DNA of 32,000 nucleotides. Origin: an uncultured archaeon (GTDB taxonomy: Archaea > Asgardarchaeota > Jordiarchaeia > Jordiarchaeales > Jordiarchaeaceae). Below the pieces are notes generated by a model that saw nothing but the letters and a program-made list of their open reading frames with translations, had not been told where the DNA came from and ran no database searches. The DNA is taken from NCBI GenBank assembly GCA_964510585.1, contig CAZECW010000121.1:32955-64954 (forward strand), read 5' to 3'. Numbering within the stretch: position 1 is the first letter of the stretch; each line of letters begins with the position of its first letter. The position numbers and the translations under genes were made by a program. Shown here one piece after another: positions 18,820 to 27,841 of this stretch.

Positions 18820-19100
18820 AATCACAAGAAGTTCTTCCCTATATCTTAAAAGTAGGAGTTTTTTTGAATAGAATTACGTTGAGAGACCGCTGAATCTTTG
18901 AGCTCTTATTTTGCTTTTAAAATTCGGATAACCGTTAGAAATAATATTAGCGAAATTTAAACATTGCTAAAATTAATAGTGCTCCTATGGAAAAATTATT
19001 ATAAATACCCTATCATCCAGTTTTCGCCATCAGAACGGGAGTCTAAATCTAGGAAATATTCATAACCCAAATAGAGTTAGATAATCAGTAAAGAGAGGTA

Positions 19101-19128
19101 TCTCGTATTAATACCTGTGAATACGAGA
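19101..19128 (+). promoter_or_regulatory. Candidate operator upstream of the HEPN-MNT pair
   Basis: Perfect 9-bp inverted repeat TCTCGTATT-N10-AATACGAGA, 30 nt before the ATG. Confidence 0.45.
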
Positions 19129-19157
19129 ATTCCTATAAACGGGATTGGTGCCCATTA

Positions 19158-19562
19158 ATGAGAGGCGAAGCAAGAAGATGGTTGGAGGAGGCGGAGTGGG
19201 ACTTCGAAACCGCTGAATATCTTCACAGGAGCGGAAGATTCAACGCTGCTTGCTTCTATGCTCAGCAATCCGCGGAGAAAGCGGTAAAAGCATTACTATA
19301 CTCCATAAATGAGTCACCCTGGGGGCACTCTGTAAGAGAATTGATCACCCGATTCGCAGGTGCCGCGAAAAACAATGTTGAACATCTTCTCTCCTACGCG
19401 AGGGAACTCGATCGACACTACTTCCCGTCACGCTACCCAAATGCGCATCCCTCTGGAACTCCCCACGAAGCTTATGATGAGGCCACCTCCAAAAGAGCAC
19501 TAAGCTACGCAAAAGAGATTTTATCCTTCGCCAAAGACAGGATTGAGAGGAAGGAGCCTTGA
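19158..19562 (+). CDS. HEPN domain protein
   Basis: Motifs WLEEAEWD, ACFYAQQSAEKAVKA, WGHS, LDRHYFPSRYP. Confidence 0.9.
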   Translation: MRGEARRWLEEAEWDFETAEYLHRSGRFNAACFYAQQSAEKAVKALLYSINESPWGHSVRELITRFAGAAKNNVEHLLSYARELDRHYFPSRYPNAHPSGTPHEAYDEATSKRALSYAKEILSFAKDRIERKEP

Positions 19563-19978
19563 AAGCCGATGTTCCAGAAGCTGTAAAAAACTACGTAGAC
19601 AAAATTGCTAGGAAATTCGAAGCGCGGTGCATCATTCTGTGGGGTTCAAGAGCAAGAGGTGACCACACACCCAGCAGCGACTATGATATAATAGTTATCG
19701 CAGATTTTAAGGAGAAATTCCTCGATAGGCTCACAACTTTGATGGAGCTTGCCCCACTCCAGCCCAACATAGAAGTACTCGGCTACACACCTGAGGAGTT
19801 TGAAACCATGTTTCAACGCGGCAACGTAACCGCCCTAGACGCAATCCATGAGGGAATCCCCCTGCACGGCGAAGAATACTTCAAACAATACGCGAAACGT
19901 TTAAGGGAGCTTTTTGAGAGAGGACTTGAAAGAACAACCTGTACATGGAAACTGCCCGAACCTCAACGAACCCATTAA
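19559..19978 (+). CDS. Minimal nucleotidyltransferase (MNT)
   Basis: Motif LWGSRARGDHTPSSDYDIIVI; TTGA overlap with the HEPN stop. Confidence 0.9.
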   Translation: MKADVPEAVKNYVDKIARKFEARCIILWGSRARGDHTPSSDYDIIVIADFKEKFLDRLTTLMELAPLQPNIEVLGYTPEEFETMFQRGNVTALDAIHEGIPLHGEEYFKQYAKRLRELFERGLERTTCTWKLPEPQRTH

Positions 19979-20226
19979 ACCCACAGTAAGCCATCCGCTC
20001 CCAACACAGTTGGTTTTAGTGTTTGGGCAATTGAATGAGTTGACAGCCCCCCTTGGATTTGTACAAAAGCATTTTCTAGTTCTTGGCTTCTTCTCCTTCG
20101 CTTAAGCTCAGACCTCTGAGTTAAACGCATTGCCCTTTTTAGTGGAGAAGAATTTACGTTTCTTGTACATTCAATCCACAACTCTGGAAATTCAAATTCG
20201 CTTCCATCCTCAAAAGTTATCTTCAT
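19975..20226 (-). CDS. Possible small hypothetical protein or remnant
   Basis: ATG after AGGA and a plausible N-terminus (MKITFEDGSEFEFPELW); no family recognised. Confidence 0.25.
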   Translation of the reverse strand: MKITFEDGSEFEFPELWIECTRNVNSSPLKRAMRLTQRSELKRRRRSQELENAFVQIQGGLSTHSIAQTLKPTVLGADGLLWV

Positions 20227-20551
20227 TCCTTACCTTCTCCTTTATCCTTTAAAGCGCTTCAAACATTTTCCGATTCGATACTCTCTTTGATGAATCCTAC
20301 TAGATTGAGACCAAAACTAACGCAAATTGACGCAATTATTTCTGAATGACGCTTTGTCCGGTTTCTTTTGGCAAGAGAACTCCACGAATACTTCTTTGCT
20401 ACTCTCATTTTTATCTCGCATTTAAGCTATATAAACCACCCTTCTATCTGAAAAAACGCGTATGCATTTTTTGTGGTAGGTGCATCCTTTCCGGTCATAT
20501 GCGTCATTTTTAAATAAAGCCACACTAATATGTTATCAAAAGGGAAACAAA

Positions 20552-20962
20552 ATGTCACTGGACGATAGGGCTAAACTACTCGAAACCATCTCGCAGAATT
20601 CCCTCGGCATAAGAGAGCTGATAAAGAAATTGAGGTGGAACCCTTCACGAGTAACCCAACTACTGAACAGAATGAGTGAAGAGGGACTCCTAGAGTTAAA
20701 ACCAGTTAAAAATGAGACGCGGGGCAGACCCAAAAAAACAGTGGTTTTAACAATTTTAGGCCTTGATTTTCTGGAAACCCACAGAGAGTTAAGAGCGAAA
20801 CCACTCAGGGCAAGAAAAGAAGACTTTGAACATGCAGTTAAGGACGCCCTATACGCTGAAAGACTAGCTGCAAAGGGCCAATCACTTTTTAGACTGTTTC
20901 TGGAGCTGAACCAAATTGTCCACAATATTAGGAGTTCTTCGGAAGCTTCTCAGCCTACTTGA
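20552..20962 (+). CDS. Winged-helix (MarR/ArsR-like) protein, putative antitoxin or regulator
   Basis: LGIRELIKKL..NPSRVTQLLNRMSEEGLL...RGRPKK...LT..G forms a wHTH with an RGRP wing. Confidence 0.75.
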   Translation: MSLDDRAKLLETISQNSLGIRELIKKLRWNPSRVTQLLNRMSEEGLLELKPVKNETRGRPKKTVVLTILGLDFLETHRELRAKPLRARKEDFEHAVKDALYAERLAAKGQSLFRLFLELNQIVHNIRSSSEASQPT

Positions 20963-21458
20963 AGAAAAAAACCTTCCATACATGATAATTGGAGGCTACG
21001 CCCTTCCCTTCTATGGAAGAGTCAGAGCCACACTCGATATTGATGTAGCCGTTATGGTAGAGATGGAAGAAGAGTTGGAGAAGCTTCGTGAGTATTTACT
21101 CTCAAAAAACTTCAAAGTTGAACTTTACTCCCCAAGGAACCCCTGCTTTGTAGCGGTTGACCGTGAAAGTGGCGTTGAAGTGGAAGTTTGGCTGAGACCC
21201 GACGGAATAGTTTTCGACCAAGAAACTCTAAAAAGGAGAAAAAGAGTCAAACTGGACAAAGACCTAGAAGCATGGATTGTTTCCCCAGAAGACTTCATAG
21301 TAAACAAACTTGCCAGCCCAGACAGAGGAGCGGTCGACGAACAAGACGTAAAAAGCGTACTAACCAGACAAAAAAACAGTTTAGATGAAAGCTACCTCAA
21401 AAAAAGAGCGAAAAACGCCGGAGTACTAAAGGTCCTGGAAACCATCCAAAAAATTTGA
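20916..21458 (+). CDS. Nucleotidyltransferase, AbiEii/DUF6036-like
   Basis: Motifs YMIIGGYA...RATLDIDV, SPEDFIVNKL and DEQDV; overlaps the wHTH gene. Confidence 0.8.
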   Translation: MSTILGVLRKLLSLLEEKNLPYMIIGGYALPFYGRVRATLDIDVAVMVEMEEELEKLREYLLSKNFKVELYSPRNPCFVAVDRESGVEVEVWLRPDGIVFDQETLKRRKRVKLDKDLEAWIVSPEDFIVNKLASPDRGAVDEQDVKSVLTRQKNSLDESYLKKRAKNAGVLKVLETIQKI

Positions 21459-21623
21459 AGCACCATCTTTGGTTCCCGTCCGTCAAAAACCTTCTTTGCC
21501 TTGGGATGATGCGGTACACTAAACCATTCAGTTTTCCTCAAAGGGGAATTAGTTATTCTTTTTCTTCTATGCTTGTTTCTCTTCAAATTTTTCCTTTAGA
21601 TGGTGTTTCTTGGTTTTTCTACG

Positions 21624-24368
21624 CTACGCCATAGTGTACCTTTTATAGAACCATTTTTTAATAGCTTCAACCAGCAATAGGTAGGCGCCTATTAAACCCA
21701 CTAAGACTATGTAGAATAAGAGGGGTGGGGGTTCGAATCCGAATAGTTCGCCTAGTGGTGTGAATGGTATTATCAGTGCGAGGGCAACAACGGCTAATGT
21801 GCTTATGAGCAGAGGCTTGCTTGGCTTGCTTTTATAGGAGGGTGTTTTGCTGGTTCTAATTATGAATATAACCAGGGCCTGAGTACATAGAGACTCTATG
21901 AACCATCCAGTTTGAAAAAGTGATTCAGACGCGGCAAAGACGGATAACATTATGAAGAAGGTTAGGAAATCAAAAATGGAGCTTATGGGTCCAATGAGTA
22001 GCATGAATCTTCTTATGAAGGAAATGTTCCATCTCTTGGGTTTTTCGGTATATTCTGGATCAACATTGTCAGTAGGTATGGTTGACTCGGACAAATCGTA
22101 GAGGAGGTTGTTTAGGAGTATTTGTACTGGCGCCATGGGTAGGAAGGGCAGGAATAGAGATGCGCCTGCGGCGCTGAACATGTTACCAAAATTGGAACTC
22201 GTGCCCATAAGAATATACTTCAGTGTGTTGCCAAAGGTTTTTCGCCCCTCTAAAACTCCCTCAACCAACACCGTTAAATCATTACGTAGAAGTATTATGT
22301 CCGCAGACTCCTTTGCAATGTCTACTGCGTTGTCAACCGAAATGCCGACATCCGCGGTCCTTAAAGAAGGAGCATCATTAATACCGTCACCAAGAAAGCC
22401 TACAACATGCCCATTACTTTTTAAGGCATTCATTATCCTATCCTTCTGTTGGGGAGTCACCCTCGCGAAAACATTTGCTTCCTCCACAACCACCCCGAGA
22501 GCATCGTCAGGCATTCCCACAATTTCGCTTCCAAGAACAATTCCCTTAATTTTGAAACCCAACTGCTCACACAACTTTCTTGTCACTATTTCATTGTCGC
22601 CCGTGAGAATTTTTAGTTCTACACCAGCCTTGCTCAACAGTTGCAAAGATTCTTTAGCAGTTTCTTTGGGCGGATCTAAAAACACCAAATAGCCCAAAAA
22701 CACTAATTCGCTCTCATCGTTGACGGAGTATACCTTCTTTTCCTCTCTAACCCACTTATAGGAGATTCCCAAAACCCTGTATCCTTCACTGCTAAACTCG
22801 ATATGTTTCTGCTCAACCTTTTTTCTCAAATCTTGTGTCATATCAATTATCCTACCTTCAAACTCACAGTAGGAACACACTTTAACTATCTCCTCAAGAG
22901 CCCCCTTCGTAATAAAAAGCCGTTCGCCCCTCACATCATCAACAACAACTGAAACCCGCTTCCTCGTAAAATCAAATGGAATCTCATCCACCTTCCGGTA
23001 ACCCCTAGCATTAACATCCACATTCTCATGTCTAAGTATTGCCTCATCAAGAGGACTCCTCAAACCAGTCTGATAATAACTATTCAAAAAGGAATACAAC
23101 AAAACTTTTTCATACTCGTTCCCCTCAAAATCCACGTGGAAAACAAGCGTTACCTTATTCTCCGTAAGCGTTCCCGTCTTATCAGTACATAAAACATCCA
23201 TGCTTCCAAAATTCTGAATCGCTGCCAAACGCTTAACTATAACTCCCCTCTTAGACATTGCCAGAGCCGACTTTGAAAGGTTTACAGAGAGAATCATAGG
23301 CAAAAGTTCAGGAGTCAAACCAACTGCCAAAGCCACAGCAAAAAGAAGAGACTCAAGAACTTGAGCACTAATAGCAGTATTTAAAGAAAAAATCGTTGGC
23401 AAAAGCTGAGGCAGCAAACCAGCCCCCTCAGGAGTCAAACCAACTGCCAAAGCCACAGCAAAAAGAAGAGACTGCTCTGCTTGCAGGGTTTGCCCCTTGA
23501 GTAAAACATTCATAAAAAAGACAAACAGCACAAGGAAAAAAGTGACCTGCATTATTAGAAAACCAAATCTTCTAAGCCCCCTCTCATACTCCGTTTCCGG
23601 ATGCCTCTCAACAAGCCTCTTAGCAATTTTCCCATATTCTGTATGGCTTCCAGTCCTCACCACAACAACAGTTGCCGAACCGCTCACAACAGAAGTGCCC
23701 AGAAAAACATTGTTACCCATCTCAGTAAAATTTCCACGTTTCCCCTTAGGCTCCAAGGCCGTTTTTTCCACCGGAAAAGACTCCCCCGTTAACGCTGACT
23801 GATTAACAAAAAAATCCTTGGCCTCAATCACCCTGGCATCCGCCGGAACAATATCCCCCGCCGAAAGAAATACAATATCCCCCGGAACAATCTCGGAAAG
23901 CCTTACCTCCCTCCTGACACCATCCCTAAGCACCATCGCAGTAGTAGCCACCCTCTCCTTAAGCATCTCAGCAGCCTTCTCAGCTTTAGACTCCTGATAA
24001 AAGTCAAGAACCACACTAAACATCACAATCGAAAATATAATACCCGCATTCACTACCTCCCCCAGAAAAACCGAAATCAAACCCGCAAACAACAAAATAA
24101 TTAACAAAGGATTCCTAAAGTGAGAAGCAAACTCAACAACAGCCGCCCGCCTCTTCCTCCTAGCAACCTCATTATAACCATAAATTTCAAGACGCCTCCC
24201 CGCCTCCTCAGATGAGAGACCCGACCGAGAAGTACCCAAACGAGCAAGAAAATCATCAATCGGAAGATCCAAAAGCTCCTCTGTCTCCACCACTAACTGC
24301 GCCTGGCTTGAAACCCCCTTCTTGCTCTTCTCCCTCGAAACGCTTAAACGCCTCATCGCTCTCACCAC
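21624..24368 (-). CDS. mgtA: Mg2+-translocating P-type ATPase (P3B), with an in-frame 40-aa insertion at TM4
   Basis: Motifs TGES, AVGLTPELLPMI, DKTGTLT, FDFTRKR, DPPK, TGD, GDGINDA, GTSSNFGNMFS and FQTGWFIESL (MgtA-type). Confidence 0.92.
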   Translation of the reverse strand: MVRAMRRLSVSREKSKKGVSSQAQLVVETEELLDLPIDDFLARLGTSRSGLSSEEAGRRLEIYGYNEVARRKRRAAVVEFASHFRNPLLIILLFAGLISVFLGEVVNAGIIFSIVMFSVVLDFYQESKAEKAAEMLKERVATTAMVLRDGVRREVRLSEIVPGDIVFLSAGDIVPADARVIEAKDFFVNQSALTGESFPVEKTALEPKGKRGNFTEMGNNVFLGTSVVSGSATVVVVRTGSHTEYGKIAKRLVERHPETEYERGLRRFGFLIMQVTFFLVLFVFFMNVLLKGQTLQAEQSLLFAVALAVGLTPEGAGLLPQLLPTIFSLNTAISAQVLESLLFAVALAVGLTPELLPMILSVNLSKSALAMSKRGVIVKRLAAIQNFGSMDVLCTDKTGTLTENKVTLVFHVDFEGNEYEKVLLYSFLNSYYQTGLRSPLDEAILRHENVDVNARGYRKVDEIPFDFTRKRVSVVVDDVRGERLFITKGALEEIVKVCSYCEFEGRIIDMTQDLRKKVEQKHIEFSSEGYRVLGISYKWVREEKKVYSVNDESELVFLGYLVFLDPPKETAKESLQLLSKAGVELKILTGDNEIVTRKLCEQLGFKIKGIVLGSEIVGMPDDALGVVVEEANVFARVTPQQKDRIMNALKSNGHVVGFLGDGINDAPSLRTADVGISVDNAVDIAKESADIILLRNDLTVLVEGVLEGRKTFGNTLKYILMGTSSNFGNMFSAAGASLFLPFLPMAPVQILLNNLLYDLSESTIPTDNVDPEYTEKPKRWNISFIRRFMLLIGPISSIFDFLTFFIMLSVFAASESLFQTGWFIESLCTQALVIFIIRTSKTPSYKSKPSKPLLISTLAVVALALIIPFTPLGELFGFEPPPLLFYIVLVGLIGAYLLLVEAIKKWFYKRYTMA
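23308..23473. repeat. Perfect 46-bp direct repeat inside mgtA, 120-bp period
   Basis: TCAGGAGTCAAACCAACTGCCAAAGCCACAGCAAAAAGAAGAGACT occurs at 23308-23353 and 23428-23473; each copy encodes SLLFAVALAVGLTPE. Confidence 0.95.
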
Positions 24369-24464
24369 CCATTCATAAACAACTCACTTAGCTTGAATCG
24401 TATTCCTCTAACATAGAGAAAAGGCACTTGCTTATAAGACTTGTTAAAAAATTGTTGTTTCAGG

Positions 24465-25018
24465 TGCTGTGTTGCACAATTTTTATTTTTTCAATTTTTT
24501 TTATCTAATGATGAATTTTTTATAATCGCCCTTAAATAAGAATTTTGTGGCTGGCTGACCCTTTTTTAGGTTTGGTTCCAGGGCTTTGGAAGCATCCCAG
24601 TACACCGCCCACAAAAACCAAAAAATAACCATAGCCAGAACATCCTTCAGGGCCTCCAAAGGATTCCTTCGCCTCAAACTTCTACACACCCTAAATGCTA
24701 CAATGTAGAACCTCAGGTTATCCTTACACACACCTTCCGTGGCAAGCAAACCACACCCGGATTATAAGAGCCTCGGCTCTCACACACATTCACGTGAGCC
24801 TCACCCCTGACATACTCGCCCGCCGAGTGGTTAACCCCCACATGCCGGTATCCTAACTCATCCAGGAAAGAGTAGGAGGTAAAGGCATCCGTGTAAACCG
24901 TGGAATCCTTAGAACGTGTATAAAAATGTTCAAAAAAAGGGGCGCTCTGGAGGCACACCAGTAGGAAGCTACAACCAAAAACTAGCATCTGGAGTACTGT
25001 TTGAATATATGGTTTCAA
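24465..25018 (-). mobile_element. IS1595-family (ISXO2-like) remnant: frameshifted transposase 3' part plus one terminal repeat
   Basis: STVYTDAFTSY...GYRHVGVNHSAGEYVRGEAHVNVCE, then after a frameshift GVCKDNLRFYIVAF, is the IS1595 DDE signature. Terminal repeat TGCTGTGTTGCACAATT at 24465. Confidence 0.8.
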
Positions 25019-25228
25019 AAACTTTTACAAACACTATACCCGGCTAGTACTTTTGCGTCGTCGCTCGGACTGGAGTGTTTAGCAACATTTCCATTTTAGG
25101 CTTTTTACAGCCACCTACGCGTAGAGGGTTTTAACACATTCTTACTAAATGTTATCCTTGGTCGTGTGGCTTCTGGATTGAAGAGAAAGGGGGTTTTGAA
25201 GTTTTACCTCGTGTCTTGAAGGGTGGAG

Positions 25229-25639
25229 TTAATAGGCTTCTACCTTTAGCCCTGTGATCTCTTCGATCCATTTGAAGTGTTTTTTGTTTCTTGTGACTAC
25301 CGCTTTGCAGCCGTTGTTTATGGCGATTGCTGCTACGACCGCGTCGGCTCCAACGCTCTTCCCGTTTCGCGCCAGTTCTCCTGCTATTTTTGCGGCTAGA
25401 ATCGCGTCGCTGTATTTAAAGCTTAAGACTTCTAACCTTTCAAAGGCGCTTCCCAGTTTATGTATTATTTTTTCCCTTTTCATGTTGTCTATCAAAACGT
25501 AGGCACCGAAGAGTGCTTCGTAAACGTTGAGAGCGGTGGTTGCGTGGATGCCTTCGTTGTCTAGCTTTTTGGTGAGTTCTCTAATGGTGCTCGGCCTTCT
25601 GATCAAATCTACGAAGTAGGTTGTGTCAATACATTTCAT
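25229..25639 (-). CDS. vapC: PIN-domain (VapC) toxin
   Basis: Motifs MKCIDTTYFVD, NVYEAL, DAVVAAIA and VVTRNKKHF. Confidence 0.88.
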   Translation of the reverse strand: MKCIDTTYFVDLIRRPSTIRELTKKLDNEGIHATTALNVYEALFGAYVLIDNMKREKIIHKLGSAFERLEVLSFKYSDAILAAKIAGELARNGKSVGADAVVAAIAINNGCKAVVTRNKKHFKWIEEITGLKVEAY

Positions 25640-25853
25640 GCTCTAGCCTTCTATCAATTTCTTTCCGGATGGAGCTTACAGCTTCCTCGTAACCCTGCAC
25701 ATCGCTCAGTTCGGGGTAGAGATCTAGCACTTCAATTAGTTTACCTTTCTTCCCCACCAGCCTCTTTATGACATCTGAGAAACTTTCATCGTTTCTTTTT
25801 ATGCTCTTCAAAAGTTTGTACGCCTCATCTGAGAGAGATATTGTTTTGGTCAT
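25626..25853 (-). CDS. vapB: Archaeal VapB-type antitoxin (DUF217-like)
   Basis: MTKTISLSDEAYKLLKSIKRNDESFSDVIKRL signature. Confidence 0.85.
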   Translation of the reverse strand: MTKTISLSDEAYKLLKSIKRNDESFSDVIKRLVGKKGKLIEVLDLYPELSDVQGYEEAVSSIRKEIDRRLEHEMY

Positions 25854-25882
25854 ATGTGCACATATGTGTACAAATATTTAAA
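25851..25882 (-). promoter_or_regulatory. Leaderless promoter with a palindromic operator for vapBC
   Basis: TTTAAATA (25882-25875) lies ~22 nt upstream of the ATG. A perfect 16-bp palindrome CATATGTGCACATATG (25851-25866) overlaps the start codon. Confidence 0.6.
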
Positions 25883-26069
25883 TTTGATGGGATGCCAGAA
25901 GTTGTCCCATAATTCTCTTGGATTTTAACAGGTTTGAGGTGGCAAAGCCGACCGCCAAGCGTGACGCCACCTATATTATCTCCATTGAACCAAAACACCG
26001 AGAACATAACTCCTGCAGAGAAATGTTTTAGAGTGGAGGAAGCTTCCAAATTCCTACCCAGGTTATTCC

Positions 26070-26429
26070 ATGAAAAGGGTTCACAGACGTAGGGATAGCT
26101 ACACCAAGACTACTTCAATGGCGAAGTCCCACTTCCTCCGGCTGATAATGTTTCTCGTCGAGATGCTCTTCAAACAATTCGAGGACGCCCAGCTTGAATG
26201 TCCACGAGGAAGGGGAAGACGGCACAGCCACCCTCTAGGAAAGCTGGTCACCCCCGCCGTAATAAAACAGACCATTCACTTCTCTCACATTTTTCTAGAG
26301 ATAATGACCCCCTCACCCGTAGGCATATCGCCAAACGACAACACCATATGGCGTGCCGCCACAAACCCAAGGCTGAAGCCCATCATAGACGAGATGAGCA
26401 AACATGTAGTTCCAAATAAAAATGTTTAG
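26070..26429 (+). pseudogene. Possible N-terminal remnant of an IS4/IS5-group transposase
   Basis: RGRGRRHSHPLGKLV...VIKQ...PNDNTIWRA resembles DUF772-type N-terminal domains. No DDE part or ends were seen. Confidence 0.3.
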
Positions 26430-26595
26430 AACTCTGTTCATGTTAGAAAACGGATCGAAATTCTCAGATAAGTTCCAGAAGATCTTGAAAATTGTTAATT
26501 GTGTTAAAAGGATTGTTGGAAAACAAAAGTTACCTAGCAATATTACCACAAAAGTTTGACAGCGAAGATACAACTCAAAAGAGGCTACAAGATAT

Positions 26596-26790
26596 AATTC
26601 ACGCAGAAACACTAGTTGACACTCTCCGCGACTAAAGTCGCGGGGATTCTTCTGACTCATCGGGAGCCTTAGGAAGCAATGGGTGTGCCATCACCCAGTT
26701 AACACGCCCTTCCCTCAGGGGAACGGCGTCTGTGTTGGTACCCTCATGGGGGCTGCGTCTTGTTTAGCCCCTTAAAGCCCAAGCTAAACC
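26596..26790 (-). ncRNA. Candidate TnpB omega-RNA (reRNA): scaffold plus flanking guide
   Basis: A GC-rich, structured ~170-nt segment ends in the right-end hairpin and TCAA, where TnpB reRNAs map. The predicted guide is the downstream flank CTAGTGTTTCTGCGTGAATT. Boundaries are inferred. Confidence 0.45.
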
Positions 26791-26892
26791 CTTCAGCTAC
26801 CAACAACTATTGGTATACCCTACTTTCAAATAAGCTTTTTGGCGATTCATCCCCACGACTTGAAGTCGAGGCTATCTCGCCAAGGTTTTGTG
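26616..26892 (-). mobile_element. Non-autonomous IS200/IS605 derivative with no tnpA or tnpB
   Basis: On the minus strand the left-end hairpin reads GGCGAGATAGCCTCGACTTCAAGTCGTGGGGATGAATCGCC. The right end reads GAAT-CCCCGCGAC-TTTA-GTCGCGGAG-AGTG-TCAA, matching the IS608-type GAAT guide and TCAA cleavage site. The left boundary is uncertain by a few nt. Confidence 0.8.
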
Positions 26893-26914
26893 ATAAGTGA
26901 ACACTCATTCATAT

Positions 26915-27187
26915 TCACGAACCGAAACATACCATTGTATAGAATCCATATTGGTAGCCCCATTCCCAAGCGTCATTCCTTAATCCGCTAAGTAACCAAT
27001 TGTTATAAATCGCATAGCCTAGTAAACCACCCACTGTTATTATGGGAACGTATTGAGTATAGGGGTTGGGTAATCCCTGAACGAAGACACCATTATAAAG
27101 AACATAGCCAATTAAATAAATGGAGCATGTTGCCAATATTCTTCTAAACTTAATATTACGATTTCTGCGTAGACCTCTCCTTTCCAT
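26915..27187 (-). CDS. Small membrane protein (~2 TM)
   Basis: Two hydrophobic stretches after a basic N-terminus; overlaps the upstream gene. Confidence 0.45.
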   Translation of the reverse strand: MERRGLRRNRNIKFRRILATCSIYLIGYVLYNGVFVQGLPNPYTQYVPIITVGGLLGYAIYNNWLLSGLRNDAWEWGYQYGFYTMVCFGS

Positions 27188-27686
27188 CTCTGGGTCCTAG
27201 GATTATCCAAGTGGCGTATAAAATAACATATACTGATAGTCCAATTAGAAGCATTGCTCCTACAATAATTATTGGTGTTACCGGTGTGAAAGTGATGATG
27301 AAACTCAGGATAGCTAGAAAAACCAAAGGTATCAAGAGGTATCCAAGCACTCCAACCTCACCCTTTTTCTTCCAGATAAGAGCGCCAACCGCCGATATCA
27401 TAAAAGCAAAAATGAAAGGAAGAAAGACGAGGAGAAATGAACCATTCAATAGAGAATTCAGCACATAAGAAATTTGGGGAAAGTCACTTGCAAAAATAAC
27501 CAAACTGCTAGGATCCAAACCCACATCAAAAGGGATAAGATATAACACGGATATGAAACCTGATAACCCGCTGACATCCGACGAAAACAAGTAGTAAAAG
27601 TAACCGAGAAAGCCGCCAAACATAGCCACACCCGCAAGAGACACAGATCGGCCCAACTCTTCAATCGTATATTTTCTCTCAACCAA
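27156..27686 (-). CDS. Multi-pass membrane protein (~4 TM)
   Basis: 176-aa ORF with four hydrophobic segments; RBS-like GGAGGG upstream. Confidence 0.65.
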   Translation of the reverse strand: MVERKYTIEELGRSVSLAGVAMFGGFLGYFYYLFSSDVSGLSGFISVLYLIPFDVGLDPSSLVIFASDFPQISYVLNSLLNGSFLLVFLPFIFAFMISAVGALIWKKKGEVGVLGYLLIPLVFLAILSFIITFTPVTPIIIVGAMLLIGLSVYVILYATWIILGPRDGKERSTQKS

Positions 27687-27841
27687 ATTTTCAACCCTCC
27701 TAGACTTTTTTCATAACCAAAGCAAAACCATTAACCATCAGTAAAAAAACTAAATGAGTTTAAAAGTACTCATATCAAATTTTACACCTTAAACACTTGT
27801 TTCTATCATGCTCCTCGATAATAAAAATATTATCAACTCGA

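Noticed and set aside
21728-21742. GGTTCGAATCC, a tRNA T-loop look-alike
   Set aside because: It lies inside mgtA (encodes FGFEP on the minus strand), and no acceptor, D or anticodon arms can be formed.
22108-22692. 194-aa plus-strand ORF, and the many other antisense ORFs over UroD, IS630, the repeat proteins and the TA genes
   Set aside because: These are shadows of well-supported genes on the opposite strand, with no motifs or RBS.
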